A stretch of 64,000 nucleotides of DNA from an uncultured Anaerolineales bacterium (GTDB taxonomy: Bacteria; Chloroflexota; Anaerolineae; B4-G1). Below, piece by piece: positions 31,742-42,270 of this stretch. The DNA lies in the NCBI GenBank assembly GCA_964528475.1, contig CAZGSX010000002.1, forward strand, positions 5,641 to 69,640. Reading direction: 5' to 3'. Position numbers and translations under genes: made by a program. The notes beneath the pieces are model-generated. The model was not told where the DNA came from, did not search any database, and saw only the letters and a program-made list of their open reading frames with translations. Every line of letters starts with the position of its first letter. The stretch's first letter is position 1.

Positions 31742-32177
31742 CGCTTCACCTCCCGGCTATGTCGTCATTGCTTGTCCACGCACGGAGGTGGCTCCTCCAC
31801 CTCGTCCGTCAAGGACCAAACTCACTTAGGTCTATCTCGATCGTCCTCCGAAGCTCATCGTCCGCTCTCATGGCAAGGGCTGCATCTTCCGCGCGTCACC
31901 GAACCAGTGCTTTGCGCCGCCCCAGTTCCGGACCCTTGGCGGAGTCGACTCCCACTCGTCGTCTGCAACGCCCGGTACTGTGTGGTGCAGCCTTCAGACA
32001 CTCTTCATCCGGCTGACCGTCACGGATGAACCATGCCGCTCGTACCCGGACGGCTTCTCTGTGATTCTCGCAGTCCATCCGAGCCATGACCTTGGGCCGT
32101 CCCATCCGACGGTCGTGCCGCCACAGCAACGAGCACAGGCGTAACGTTCGAGATGGGAAAGGTCGCGCTGGAGGGCG

Positions 32178-33005
32178 TCATGGCATATCAGCAGACTCCT
32201 CCCCCTGCGCATTCACGCCGGTGCTCAGCATCCACTGAGCGAACGCGCGCGCCTCCCCCACAGGCTCGCCACGGCTCGCTAAGAGAAGCTCTCGCCGGAT
32301 CGGATAGCGACCGTCGACCACAGCCGCCTCCGTCGGCGCGATCCCCTCGACGGGCAAGGCACGTACGCGCTCGTCCAGACACCGCGTGGAGACGTAGCCA
32401 ATCGCCGAGGGATTACCAGCTACATACTCCATTATCGCCTTACTAGAGGGCATGACAAGAGCATTCAGAGACGTCTCACCCCCGTTCAAGACGATGCGCT
32501 CAAACGCAGCACGCGTCCCTGACCCCAACTCCCGACTCAAGACGGTCACACTCACCCCCTGCCACTCCTGCAAGTAGCCCTGGAAGATCTCACGAGTCTG
32601 GGCTAGCCCAATTGCAGAGAAAGAGGATGTGGGATGCACAACGATAGCGATGCCGTCATAAGCAAACGGCTCCATCCACAGCGCTTTCTGGATCTCATCG
32701 TCCACAGGTCGCCAGGAGAGCAACGCCAGATCCGCTCTATCCTCCATTAGGGCTTCCACCGCCAAGGCGTTGTTAAGAACCTCGGATCTCACGGTGACCC
32801 AGGGACGAGAAGCCGCGTGCGCCGGAACTGCCTTCTCCAAAAGGGGCTCACACGACTCAGCCAAGGCGACTCGAAGGGTTACTGGCTCCCGAGTCACGGT
32901 CAAGGGCTGGGGACCACAAGCAGGGATCCAGAGCACAATCACAAGAGCAGCCGACAGCCATAGCAAGATCAGGGGACGGCGACCACGCCTCCAGCAATGC
33001 GTCAC
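32178..33005 (-). CDS. PstS-like periplasmic substrate-binding protein (phosphate-binding family), probable lipoprotein
   Basis: Signal peptide with Cys. 'SGTRAAFE' and 'AIGYVS' motifs of the PstS/PBP family. Confidence 0.6.
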   Translation of the reverse strand: MTHCWRRGRRPLILLWLSAALVIVLWIPACGPQPLTVTREPVTLRVALAESCEPLLEKAVPAHAASRPWVTVRSEVLNNALAVEALMEDRADLALLSWRPVDDEIQKALWMEPFAYDGIAIVVHPTSSFSAIGLAQTREIFQGYLQEWQGVSVTVLSRELGSGTRAAFERIVLNGGETSLNALVMPSSKAIMEYVAGNPSAIGYVSTRCLDERVRALPVEGIAPTEAAVVDGRYPIRRELLLASRGEPVGEARAFAQWMLSTGVNAQGEESADMP

Positions 33006-33322
33006 TGATAGTCCTCACGCACTGGATGGAAGACATCGATGATGCGACACCGGCTGACCGCCCTGCCCGAATGGACGGCGTCGGAGGGAATGATCGCCAC
33101 GCAACCCTGCTCGAGACGCGTCCTTTCGCCCTCCACCGTCAGATCGAACACACCCTCCACCACATTCGTCACCTGTTCGTGCGGATGAGCGTGCTCGGGC
33201 AGCGGCACACCGGCCTCAAAGCTCCAGTAGGCAATCGTCATCGTATCGGCATGTACAAAGCGAGCCTCGGCGCCCTCGACAGGCTCGATGCCCGGAACGT
33301 CAGACAGCTTCACAACCACCAA
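33002..33322 (-). CDS. cupin domain protein
   Basis: Two-His cupin motifs (PEHAHPHEQ...H). 106 aa. 4-nt overlap with the downstream gene. Confidence 0.55.
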   Translation of the reverse strand: MVVVKLSDVPGIEPVEGAEARFVHADTMTIAYWSFEAGVPLPEHAHPHEQVTNVVEGVFDLTVEGERTRLEQGCVAIIPSDAVHSGRAVSRCRIIDVFHPVREDYQ

Positions 33323-33546
33323 GACCCCTCCCTACGTCTCCTTGATCGCCCGTACTGGGCGCAGGAGGCTCGCCACGTCTCCTCTCAAGCAGCAAACGAG
33401 TGACCACCCGCATCCAGCGACGACTCGAGCGCGCACCCGCCTGGCACCGACGAGCCTACACCCTTCCTCCACACTGGATGACTCGCGTCCACCTTCCAAC
33501 ACGCAACGAGATTATACACACCCGCCCAGCGGATACAAATGCGTGC

Positions 33547-34437
33547 TCACCGTGCCACGTACGCCAGTAGAGAACTAATGCCCAGGACGGCGCAGTAGAT
33601 AGCAAAGGGATAGAGATTGCGGCGCTGCAAGTAGCGCAGTAGGAAGTGAATACAGGCAAGGCCAACGACAGCCGCGGTCAGGAAGCCAGCGGCCAAGACA
33701 GGCACCTGGCTCATCAGATCTCCTGAGTGCGCCAGTTCCACCACCTGGAGCAGCCCAGCACCCAGAATGATCGGTGTTGCCAGGAGGAAGCCAAACCGGG
33801 CAGCCGCCTCCCGTTTCAGGCCCTGTGCCAACCCCGCTGCGATTGTCGCGCCGGAGCGGCTGATGCCGGGGAATATGGCGAGCGCCTGTCCCACCCCAAT
33901 GACCCACGCATCAATCCAACCCAACCCATCGAGATCGCGTCGGCGCTGACCAAGCAGCTCTGAGACCGCCAGCAGGGTCGCCGTCACCAGCAGAAAGCCA
34001 GCAGCAGCGGCGGGGCGCGCGAACATAGCCTCGAAGAAGTCCTCCAGGAAGTAGCCGATCACGACGCCTGGCACGGTTCCCAGCACGATGAGCCAGAGAA
34101 GACCAGCTTGTCCCGTCTCCTCTCGCGTGTGAATAGAAGGCTTCCGGGAGTCCCGCGCCAGAATGTCCGCCAAGGATGAGACTGCAGCCCGGAAGAGAGT
34201 CAGCCAATCCCTCCAGAAATAGGCAATGACAGCCAGTGCCGTGCCCCAGTGAACCACGGCACCAAACGCCAATCCCGGGGACTCCCACCCCAACAACCAG
34301 GGAACCAAGACTAGGTGACCGGAGCTGCTCACGGGGAGAAACTCTGTGGCCCCCTGCACGACGCCCAAGAAGAGAGCTCTCAACACAGTCACGATATCGC
34401 CTACCCCTTTGACTTCTGATCCGGATGGGGCCATCTG
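33547..34437 (-). CDS. uppP: undecaprenyl-diphosphatase
   Basis: 'GATEFLPVSSSGHL' plus multi-TM architecture. Start trimmed to an internal ATG; the long ORF N-terminus looks non-coding. Confidence 0.85.
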   Translation of the reverse strand, partial: QMAPSGSEVKGVGDIVTVLRALFLGVVQGATEFLPVSSSGHLVLVPWLLGWESPGLAFGAVVHWGTALAVIAYFWRDWLTLFRAAVSSLADILARDSRKPSIHTREETGQAGLLWLIVLGTVPGVVIGYFLEDFFEAMFARPAAAAGFLLVTATLLAVSELLGQRRRDLDGLGWIDAWVIGVGQALAIFPGISRSGATIAAGLAQGLKREAAARFGFLLATPIILGAGLLQVVELAHSGDLMSQVPVLAAGFLTAAVVGLACIHFLLRYLQRRNLYPFAIYCAVLGISSLLAYVAR

Positions 34438-34614
34438 GCAGTTCCTGACAGATGACTTGAAGGACAGCGGGGCCTGCTGCCTGGGCGTGATGATCGGTCG
34501 ATCACTAAGCGGGAGCCGCTGGCAGGTGCCGGCTCCCTGAGCCCCATCCCGGTTTTCTGCGTGAGTGGCCATTCAGCTGCGGGACTGCTCTCCTAAGCGA
34601 CTTCGAGCACGAGG

Positions 34615-35982
34615 TCAGGTCTGCTCCAGCTCCTCCACCTTGCTCACATAGGACTGGATGTCGAACTTTCTCTCCAATCCGCCCGCGCTCATGTAGCGCA
34701 CCTTACCAAGGATCTCGCGCTCGCCCCAGGCCCGATCGTGCTTTCCAAAGCACCAAGCCACGCCGGCAAACCCGTTAGGATCGCGCCCATCAAGCTCATA
34801 GCGGTGATTAAGTTCCAGCGCGATGCGAAAGGCTTTCTCTGGATTGGAGGTCCACTCCAGGATCTTCTTGCCCCAGTACATTCTCATGTACCCGTGCATC
34901 TTACCCGTGAGCACCATCTCCCGCTGCGCTGCATTCCAGTAGGGGTCGTGCGTCCGCCCCGCCTCAAGTATCTCTTGCCCATACGCGTACTGACGATCAT
35001 CATCCGCATGGTCCTGCAACGTCTTCCGCGCCCAGTCTGGAAGGCACTCTAGCGAATCGTAGCTGGAATTGTACGTGCAGAAGTTCATGCTGAGCTCGCG
35101 GCGAACAATCAGCTCCTCCAAGTAGGCATCCCGGTTCTCCGCGCCTACCCCATCGGCCTCTTGGACCCTGAGGGCTATCTCCAGAGGGGATATTTGACCG
35201 AAGTGGAGATAGGGACTCATGTGCGAAAGATAGTCGTCAGCCGGGTCGTTGCGTCCCTGGGCGTAGTTCCCCAGTCTATGGGTGAGGAAATCCTCGAGCA
35301 GTTCTTCTGCCCGAGAGGCGCCGCCCAGGAACATGTCAACCGCCCGGGCACTGCGGTTGATGCGCATGCGTTCAAGCAAGGCCGCAAGATCGTCCATCTC
35401 AAGGCCGCCGGCCACGAGTCCGAGCGAGTCTCGCTGGGGCGCATTCTCCTCCAGCGGCACCAAGAAGGCATCCAGGCGATCGTGGATCTTGGGCCGAAGG
35501 GTATAGGCTGCGTATTCCTCCTTCTGTGAGGCGACCTCCACGGGCACTATCACGTCGCTCTCCGCCTGCACCAGCGGACAAGTGATCTGATCTGCCGCAC
35601 GTTGTCTCCACCGTCGCTCCAGGCGGAGGTAGCCACGATCGACCACGACCATCGCGGCGTCACGCGCTAGTTCCACGGCCGCCTCCACCGGCGGCTCCAA
35701 GCGGATCACCAGCTGTATCCCTCGCTGCCCTAGGGTCTCCTGCGTCTCGCGGAGGCCCTCCAGCATGAAAGCATAGGAGCGGGCGTTCGCGTCCGGGAAA
35801 CGCTGAGTGATGCCGAATACGGCCAATATGGGGATGCGGAGCTCATTGCTCCTGCGAATGGCGAACTCGAGCGCGTGATTCATTCTCGCCCGCTGTGTAT
35901 GCTGCATCCAATAAAGGACGTACGCACCGCTCTCGGCGATCTCCTCGTCGTTCAAGAACTGTACTCGCTCCTCCTGAATCAT
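34615..35982 (-). CDS. class II CPD deoxyribodipyrimidine photolyase
   Basis: 'YVLYWMQHTQRARMNHALEFA' class II N-terminal signature and a FAD-binding C-terminal domain. 455 aa. Confidence 0.8.
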   Translation of the reverse strand: MIQEERVQFLNDEEIAESGAYVLYWMQHTQRARMNHALEFAIRRSNELRIPILAVFGITQRFPDANARSYAFMLEGLRETQETLGQRGIQLVIRLEPPVEAAVELARDAAMVVVDRGYLRLERRWRQRAADQITCPLVQAESDVIVPVEVASQKEEYAAYTLRPKIHDRLDAFLVPLEENAPQRDSLGLVAGGLEMDDLAALLERMRINRSARAVDMFLGGASRAEELLEDFLTHRLGNYAQGRNDPADDYLSHMSPYLHFGQISPLEIALRVQEADGVGAENRDAYLEELIVRRELSMNFCTYNSSYDSLECLPDWARKTLQDHADDDRQYAYGQEILEAGRTHDPYWNAAQREMVLTGKMHGYMRMYWGKKILEWTSNPEKAFRIALELNHRYELDGRDPNGFAGVAWCFGKHDRAWGEREILGKVRYMSAGGLERKFDIQSYVSKVEELEQT

Positions 35983-35994
35983 GTTCTCACCCCT

Positions 35995-37713
35995 TCACCC
36001 AGATGCCATGCGACTGCGCAAGTGATCCGCCCGCTGCCGGATCGCCTCTCTCTCAGATTCCTCGATTCTCCTCAGGTTGTGAAGCTGCAACCCCATGCGG
36101 GCGTTCTCCGCAAAGCGCTGCTCGTGACGCATCAAGAAACCCCAGTAGAGCGTCGTGAACGGACAGGCCTCCTCGCCGATACGCTGCCGAGGCTCGTACC
36201 GACAAGCATCGCAGTAGTTGCTCATGCGCTGGATGTAGTTCCCGCTGGCGCAGTAGGGCTTGGTGGCCATCAAGCCACCGTCGGCATACTGAGACATTCC
36301 AAAGGTGTTCGGGAGCTCCACCCACTCTACCGCATCGACATAGACAGCCAGGTACCACGCATGGACCTTCTCTGGGGCGACCCCGAGCAGAAGCGCCAGC
36401 AGGCCGGTTACCATCAGTCTTTGGATGTGGTGGGCATAGCCGTACTCCAGCGTCTGCTGAACCACGCACCGCACACAGACCATGTCGGTCTCACCGGTCC
36501 AGTAGAAGGTCGGCAACGATGCATCCGCACCGAGGGCATTCCTCTCAGCGTACGACGGCATGTACCGCCAGTAGATGCCCCGCACGTACTCGCGCCAGCC
36601 CAAGATCTGTCGGATGAAGCCTTCAACGGCACTGAGCGGTGCGTGACCGTCGAGATAGGCGTGCTCGGCGGCCTCCAACGCCTCACGGGGATCGAGCAGC
36701 TTCAAATTGAGGGCAGCGGAAAGACGCGAGTGGTAGAGATAGGGCTCGCCAGTCCACATGGCGTCCTGGTATGCACCGAAATGCGGCAGCCGGTGTTCTA
36801 CGAAGTCCGTAAGAGCTTCCTGTGCCTGCTCCGGCGTCACTGGCCAGTCGAAGTGCTCAAGACTGCCCGGGTGCTCGCGGAAACGATCCTCCACGAGGTC
36901 CATCACTTGGCGTGTCACCGCGTCCGCCTCGAAACCAATTGGGGCCGGCACGTGTCCCGGCCCCTCTTTCTCAAACGCCTCTCGATTTCGATCGTCGTAG
37001 TTCCACTTACCCCCAATCGGTTGATCCCCCTCCACCAAAGTGCCCTTGCGCCGGCGCATCTCCCGGTAGAAGTGTTCCATAAGCAGTCGCTTGCGTCCAG
37101 CGGCATACTCGTCGAAGACCTCAGTTGAGCAGAGAAAATGCCGATCGGCACGGATCTCCGTTGGCACCCCGGCCAGCTCGGCCGCACGGAGTAGTTGTTC
37201 CTGGACGCGCCACTCGCCTGGCTGCAACACGATGATCCTCTGCGGCCGCCACACGCGAACCGCGCGGAGCAGTTCAGAGCCCAGGCTGCCTCGATTGTCG
37301 GGGTCCCCCATCTCCCGATACTCGACACGCAGACCCTTCGCCCTCAGCCTGTCACGGAAGTGGCGCATGCCGGTGAGGAAAATCGCGATGTGTGGCTTCG
37401 TCGCCCAGACGTGCTGGGCCTCCTCGGGAACCTCGGCCATCCAAACCACGTCAGTGCGACCGTCAAATCCATCGAAGGCCGCGGAGTTAGCTGCTAACTG
37501 GTCACCCAACACAAGAACAAGATGCCGCGCATTCTGAACGCCGGAGCTCGAGGTGAAATCACCATCCTCTTGATGGTCAGTTGACGGAGGTCTTCCCTCG
37601 CCGCCAGCGACCGCCTCAGGAACTGTACTCACGGAAAATCCCTCTCTTGATGTTTCAGACATTGTATCAGCACAGAGATAGTGCGTCAAACCCCAACATT
37701 GCGGGTCTGTCAA
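35995..37713 (-). CDS. FeS-BCP family cryptochrome/photolyase ((6-4) photolyase-like, [4Fe-4S]-containing)
   Basis: N-terminus 'LVLVLGDQL'. The C-terminus carries four Cys spaced C...CxxC-x12-C (CDACRYEPRQRIGEEAC), as in PhrB/CryB. The exact start is uncertain. Confidence 0.75.
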   Translation of the reverse strand: MTDPQCWGLTHYLCADTMSETSREGFSVSTVPEAVAGGEGRPPSTDHQEDGDFTSSSGVQNARHLVLVLGDQLAANSAAFDGFDGRTDVVWMAEVPEEAQHVWATKPHIAIFLTGMRHFRDRLRAKGLRVEYREMGDPDNRGSLGSELLRAVRVWRPQRIIVLQPGEWRVQEQLLRAAELAGVPTEIRADRHFLCSTEVFDEYAAGRKRLLMEHFYREMRRRKGTLVEGDQPIGGKWNYDDRNREAFEKEGPGHVPAPIGFEADAVTRQVMDLVEDRFREHPGSLEHFDWPVTPEQAQEALTDFVEHRLPHFGAYQDAMWTGEPYLYHSRLSAALNLKLLDPREALEAAEHAYLDGHAPLSAVEGFIRQILGWREYVRGIYWRYMPSYAERNALGADASLPTFYWTGETDMVCVRCVVQQTLEYGYAHHIQRLMVTGLLALLLGVAPEKVHAWYLAVYVDAVEWVELPNTFGMSQYADGGLMATKPYCASGNYIQRMSNYCDACRYEPRQRIGEEACPFTTLYWGFLMRHEQRFAENARMGLQLHNLRRIEESEREAIRQRADHLRSRMASG

Positions 37714-38100
37714 GCTGGAATGGGAGCGAGAGCGTCTACTCCAATGGGAAAATGGGCAAGGGACCGAGCATCTCGGCTCTCTCGTGTACCTTCCGACCGA
37801 CTAACGACGGATGAGGCTGCAGCGCGACAATTCAGGGGACCCACCAAATGAGCGGGGGATCGTGAGATGACAGCGGATTGCCGAACTCAGGATAGCTGAG
37901 CTATCTGGCGCATCGTTAGAGAAGCCCATGAAGAGACCGTCAACGACGTGGTCTTGCCACGCAGCGCGCGAGCCTGACGATGACCAGCATCCAGTGTAGA
38001 CCACGGGCGATTCCAGGGATGAGGTCAGACAATTGGACATCGCCCCACAATCTGCCGCCCGCCCTTTTCGACGGGCTCTGTCTTGAGCTTGCGCGCCTAA

Positions 38101-39033
38101 TCAGCGAAGCGATCTCGCATGCGAGCGCCTGGCGACGGCCTCCACGGCGCACCGCACAGTCTGCAGATGGATCTGCACGGTGTCCTCCACGCGACGGGCG
38201 TAACCGCCCCCCATGACGGTGGCCACCGGGATCCCAGCTCGCTGACATTCGTCAAACACCAGCCTATCCCGCTCGGCCAGCGCGGTCATGCTTACAGCCA
38301 AGCGTCCCAACCGGTCATCGCTGTAAGGGTCCGCACCGGCTAGGTAGATGACCAGATCAGGGCTGGAGAGGTCCAGAGCCGTCCTTACCCCTGACTCCCA
38401 GGCATCCAGATAGGCAGCATCACCGGTCCCATCCTCCAGACCGATGTCGAGATCACTCCGTTCCTTCCGTGAGGGGAAACTGCGCTGGCTGTGAACAGAT
38501 AGGGTAAATATCGTGGGATCGTCAGCCGCGATAGAAGCGGTACCGTTCCCCTGGTGGACATCACCGTCGAGGATAGCGCCGTGACTGATTCTCGCCTCCG
38601 CCTGCATGGTCCGAACCGCTATCACGCTGTCGTTGAAGATACAGTAACCTTGTCCATGGTCACGAAACGCATGATGGGTCCCACCAGCCAGATTCACGGC
38701 CAGTCCGTCCCGCAGGGCGGCCCGGCAGGCAGCGATGGTGCCGCCGACCGAGCATCTGGTCCGCTGGACAAGCGCCGATGACCAAGGGAATCCGATGCGC
38801 CGTAGCTCGCTCTCCGTCAAGGTTCCCGCGCTGACGCGGTCCACATAGCCACCATCGTGGGCTCGAAGGATCTGCTCGTCGGTGGCCAGATCAGGAGCGG
38901 CGATATCGTCCGGGGATAGCAAACCACTTGCTGCCACCGCGTCGTGCAGAAGCTGATACTTCTCCATTGGAAAGAAGTGTCCCGAGGGGAGCGGCACGGC
39001 GTAACGGTGGCAGCTGAAAGCCTTCAATCCCAT
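38101..39033 (-). CDS. histone deacetylase-family (AcuC/HDAC-like) zinc amidohydrolase
   Basis: 'GGTHHAFRDHGQGYCIFND' HDAC catalytic motif. Confidence 0.8.
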   Translation of the reverse strand: MGLKAFSCHRYAVPLPSGHFFPMEKYQLLHDAVAASGLLSPDDIAAPDLATDEQILRAHDGGYVDRVSAGTLTESELRRIGFPWSSALVQRTRCSVGGTIAACRAALRDGLAVNLAGGTHHAFRDHGQGYCIFNDSVIAVRTMQAEARISHGAILDGDVHQGNGTASIAADDPTIFTLSVHSQRSFPSRKERSDLDIGLEDGTGDAAYLDAWESGVRTALDLSSPDLVIYLAGADPYSDDRLGRLAVSMTALAERDRLVFDECQRAGIPVATVMGGGYARRVEDTVQIHLQTVRCAVEAVARRSHARSLR

Positions 39034-39042
39034 CAGGGCGGA

Positions 39043-39882
39043 CTACTCAAGCTCCATGTACCGGGTCCCGCGTGACCTGAAGGGGGCCCATTTCCCGGGT
39101 TCGACCTGGATCCAAACGTCCTGTCCGCAGAAAGTGACTACACGCACCAGATCGCCTTCCTGCAGGGCTCCCACCCGACCGTAGTTCATGCCGGGGCCAC
39201 TGCGCAAAGTGAGTGTCTCCACCGCAACACGTACTCGAAACCCGTCGGGAGGCGCCTCGTCAACCACTGGCTCACGACCGGCGTAAGCCAGCAGCTCGGC
39301 GTAATCACCGTTGAACCAGTCCAGGTCTGTCCCAGGCCCGATCCCAGGCACCTTCCCGCGGTCTGTATGCTGCCAGAAGGTCCAATCGTCCCAATCGCTA
39401 GGCAGGGCAGGAGCATCCGTACCGTAATGAGCTACCCACAGATCGTAGTGCTCCCAAGCCGGCCCGTCCAGAACGTTCCGATCCCAGAACCAGCGCGCCG
39501 TGTAGATCACAGGCCTCCGTCCCTCTCGATCTGCGATCCCTTCGGCGCAGCTCTGAGCGCTCGATGTGATATCCTCAGGACTCATGCCGCGGCCAAGCTC
39601 CACGTCAAGCACCACGGGCAGGTCCGAGGTTCGATCATCCAGCACCTCGAACAGACGATCGATCTGGGAATCAGCAGGTCTGTCCGGCGTCAAGACATGA
39701 TATGCTGAGATCAGCAGACCGGCCTCCCTGGCGTGGTCCCAATTGATGTAAAAGCGCGGATCTGTGTAGTAATTTCCAATGGTGGCACGAATGACAGCAA
39801 AGCGAAACCCCGCGGACCTGACCTTCTGCCACTCGATCGCCCGCTGCCACCGAGAGACATCAATACCTGGCACTCCATCCAT
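39043..39882 (-). CDS. GH25 muramidase (lysozyme) with a C-terminal SH3-like domain
   Basis: 'GIDVSRWQRAIEWQKVRSAGFRFAVIRAT...DHAREAGLLISAYHV' GH25 motifs. Start trimmed to the internal ATG. Confidence 0.75.
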   Translation of the reverse strand: MDGVPGIDVSRWQRAIEWQKVRSAGFRFAVIRATIGNYYTDPRFYINWDHAREAGLLISAYHVLTPDRPADSQIDRLFEVLDDRTSDLPVVLDVELGRGMSPEDITSSAQSCAEGIADREGRRPVIYTARWFWDRNVLDGPAWEHYDLWVAHYGTDAPALPSDWDDWTFWQHTDRGKVPGIGPGTDLDWFNGDYAELLAYAGREPVVDEAPPDGFRVRVAVETLTLRSGPGMNYGRVGALQEGDLVRVVTFCGQDVWIQVEPGKWAPFRSRGTRYMELE

Positions 39883-40133
39883 AGCACACCTCCTGCCCCG
39901 CCGCCTTATCTCACGACCGGGTGTTTGGAACGACTTCCTAGCGATGCAGCCGGTGCCGTCACCGCGACCGCTTACCCCCTCTTTCTTCAGAGAGCCAGCG
40001 CTGGGAGCAAGCCGGATGGTGAACCATCCGTACGTGCGAATCGTCCGTTCCTCCAACCCCTCGCGGGCACCGACGGAGGGTGACAAGCCTCGCACTAGCG
40101 AAAAGCGCAAAGCACCAAGCCGCTGGAAGCGCA

Positions 40134-42101
40134 CTAGACAATCAGGTCGTCGCCCATGGCCTCCAGGCCCAATGAGTGGAGCAGTTCCCGCGTGGGCACG
40201 CCATCTTCGTCGTATCCCATCGCACTGTAGAAGTCCTTCTTCATGGCTTCTACGTCCACAGACACACCCCGCAGAGGGCCCTGCTCAAGCGGTGGATGAC
40301 CGCTGGCGCGATTCGGAAGGGATACGTCGTCCGGTCGACTACCGTGTCGGAGGCTAAACATGTTGCGCGAAACCTGGATGCGATGGCCAATCCGTAGCAG
40401 TTCCTCCAGATCCAGCTCCCAGCCGGCGGCCGCGTTGAGCCAGCCCTGGACCGGTGGCTCGCCTAGAAGAAGAGAGAACATACAGAGGCCAGCGCAATTC
40501 ACCACCTGGAGATAACGATTCAACACCGCGAATTCGGTTCCCTTGCTGTCATAGGCGTAGCGCCCGGGCGACTGAAGACCGACTTGGTCAAACAGGCTTC
40601 GCAGGGCCGGGGTGTCGACAAACCCGCTATTAGCCGTATTGTGCCGGCCAGGGGTGGGATCAACCACGTATGCGAGGCCCAGTAACGGTTCAAAACGAGC
40701 ATCGTGCATAGGTAGCTCTTGCCCGCCGGCATGCATCGCATAGGCCTCTGCCCCTGCCCCGATCCGATGCGAGGCAACCCTCACCCCATCCGCCAGTACC
40801 TCGCCGATCCCCTCTCGACACGCGATTCTTCGTACGAGTTCCACGATCGCTTCCGCGTTGCCCCACGATAGCCTCAGACCCTCACCCAAGTCAGCGTCGA
40901 TGAGCCCATGCTCCGCGCACTCTATAGCAAACGCCACCGTCACGCCGGTGGAGATGGTATCAAGACCCATTCGATCACAGAGGCTATTGATTCTGAGAAT
41001 GGCCTCCAGATCATCGTTCAACAGGAGCGGGCCGAACGCTGCCAGCGTCTCGTACTCCGGCTTGTGGGCCTCCTGCCCCCCGTCTGGCCCGCCGTCAAAC
41101 TGCACAATGCCGCCGCACCCCACCGGGCAGTATCGGCAGTGATAGCTTCGCACCTGATGCTCTATGACGGCATCGTCGCTAACGTTCAAGCTGCGGCTGA
41201 GCGGGAAGTCGCGAGCAGCCACTCCACGCCAGTTCCAGACCGGCGCATCACCGATCTCCGTACTGAGAGCAGTGGCGCCACTTGTGCCATAGGTACGGTA
41301 AAGATGGAGGATCGCTCCCGTGGGACCAAATGCCTTGAGGCGCAACATGCGCATGACGGGAGCAAAAAGCTTGCTCAAGGGAAAGAGGGCTCGAGAAATG
41401 GGCGGGATATCCCTCTTGAAGAGTCTCCCGTATTCCTGATTGTGATGCCTGAGTCCGGACCGGTCGTGAACAGGGAGGCGCTCTCGCCCGCGCACCACCA
41501 CCGCCTTGAGTTGTTTGGCCCCCATCACAGCCGCCAAGCCCGATCTTGCAGCCGCGCGACCACCATCGGTAATGATGGCAGCGATCAGCGACCGCTTCTC
41601 TCCCGCTGGACCGATGCTGAGGACCTGGGCCCCGTCCCCCGCCTCTTCTCGCAGCTGCTGCTCGGTCTCAGCCGTTTCCAGGCCCCACAAATGGCGTGCG
41701 TCCCTCAGCATCACGTCATCACCGTCGATGGCCAAGTAGACCGGTCCATCGGAAAGTCCGGTGACGAAGAGACCGTCAATCCCAGCCGATCGGAGCGCAG
41801 GCCCGAATTGTCCACCACAGTTCGAATCGCCCCAGCCCCCTGTCAGAGGAGACTTTGCGACGACCATGAACCGCCCACCAAAGAGCGCCCCAGATCCGGT
41901 CAGAAGACCAGGCACGAAGCCAAGGATGTTCTCAGCACCCAGCGGGTCTGCGTCGGCGGGTATGCGGTCGTACAGCAGTGCTACGCCAAGCCCATATCCA
42001 CCAAGTACGTTCCTGTACAGCTTGTCTGGCACCGACTCGGTCTCCACGGTACCAGTGGAGAGATCGACGAAGAGTACTTTCCCGAAGAATGCTCCAGCCA
42101 T
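40134..42101 (-). CDS. aldehyde:ferredoxin oxidoreductase (tungsten/molybdopterin AOR family)
   Basis: N-terminus 'KVLFVDLSTGTVETE...YRNVLGGYGLG' and Cys ligands for the 4Fe-4S cluster. 655 aa. Confidence 0.9.
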   Translation of the reverse strand: MAGAFFGKVLFVDLSTGTVETESVPDKLYRNVLGGYGLGVALLYDRIPADADPLGAENILGFVPGLLTGSGALFGGRFMVVAKSPLTGGWGDSNCGGQFGPALRSAGIDGLFVTGLSDGPVYLAIDGDDVMLRDARHLWGLETAETEQQLREEAGDGAQVLSIGPAGEKRSLIAAIITDGGRAAARSGLAAVMGAKQLKAVVVRGRERLPVHDRSGLRHHNQEYGRLFKRDIPPISRALFPLSKLFAPVMRMLRLKAFGPTGAILHLYRTYGTSGATALSTEIGDAPVWNWRGVAARDFPLSRSLNVSDDAVIEHQVRSYHCRYCPVGCGGIVQFDGGPDGGQEAHKPEYETLAAFGPLLLNDDLEAILRINSLCDRMGLDTISTGVTVAFAIECAEHGLIDADLGEGLRLSWGNAEAIVELVRRIACREGIGEVLADGVRVASHRIGAGAEAYAMHAGGQELPMHDARFEPLLGLAYVVDPTPGRHNTANSGFVDTPALRSLFDQVGLQSPGRYAYDSKGTEFAVLNRYLQVVNCAGLCMFSLLLGEPPVQGWLNAAAGWELDLEELLRIGHRIQVSRNMFSLRHGSRPDDVSLPNRASGHPPLEQGPLRGVSVDVEAMKKDFYSAMGYDEDGVPTRELLHSLGLEAMGDDLIV

Positions 42102-42270
42102 AGTAGCTCCTGCTGCCTGCCTGACCCAGATATCGTTGATCAGCGACTGTAGGTCACGAAACCCCTCGTGCGGGATCCCCTGCGCCCAACAAGAGAGATG
42201 TCCGCACCGCGGAAATGCTGCCTAGATCTCAGGGTCGTCCGGCGCTGGGTGGTCCGCTCACAGCCTCGGG

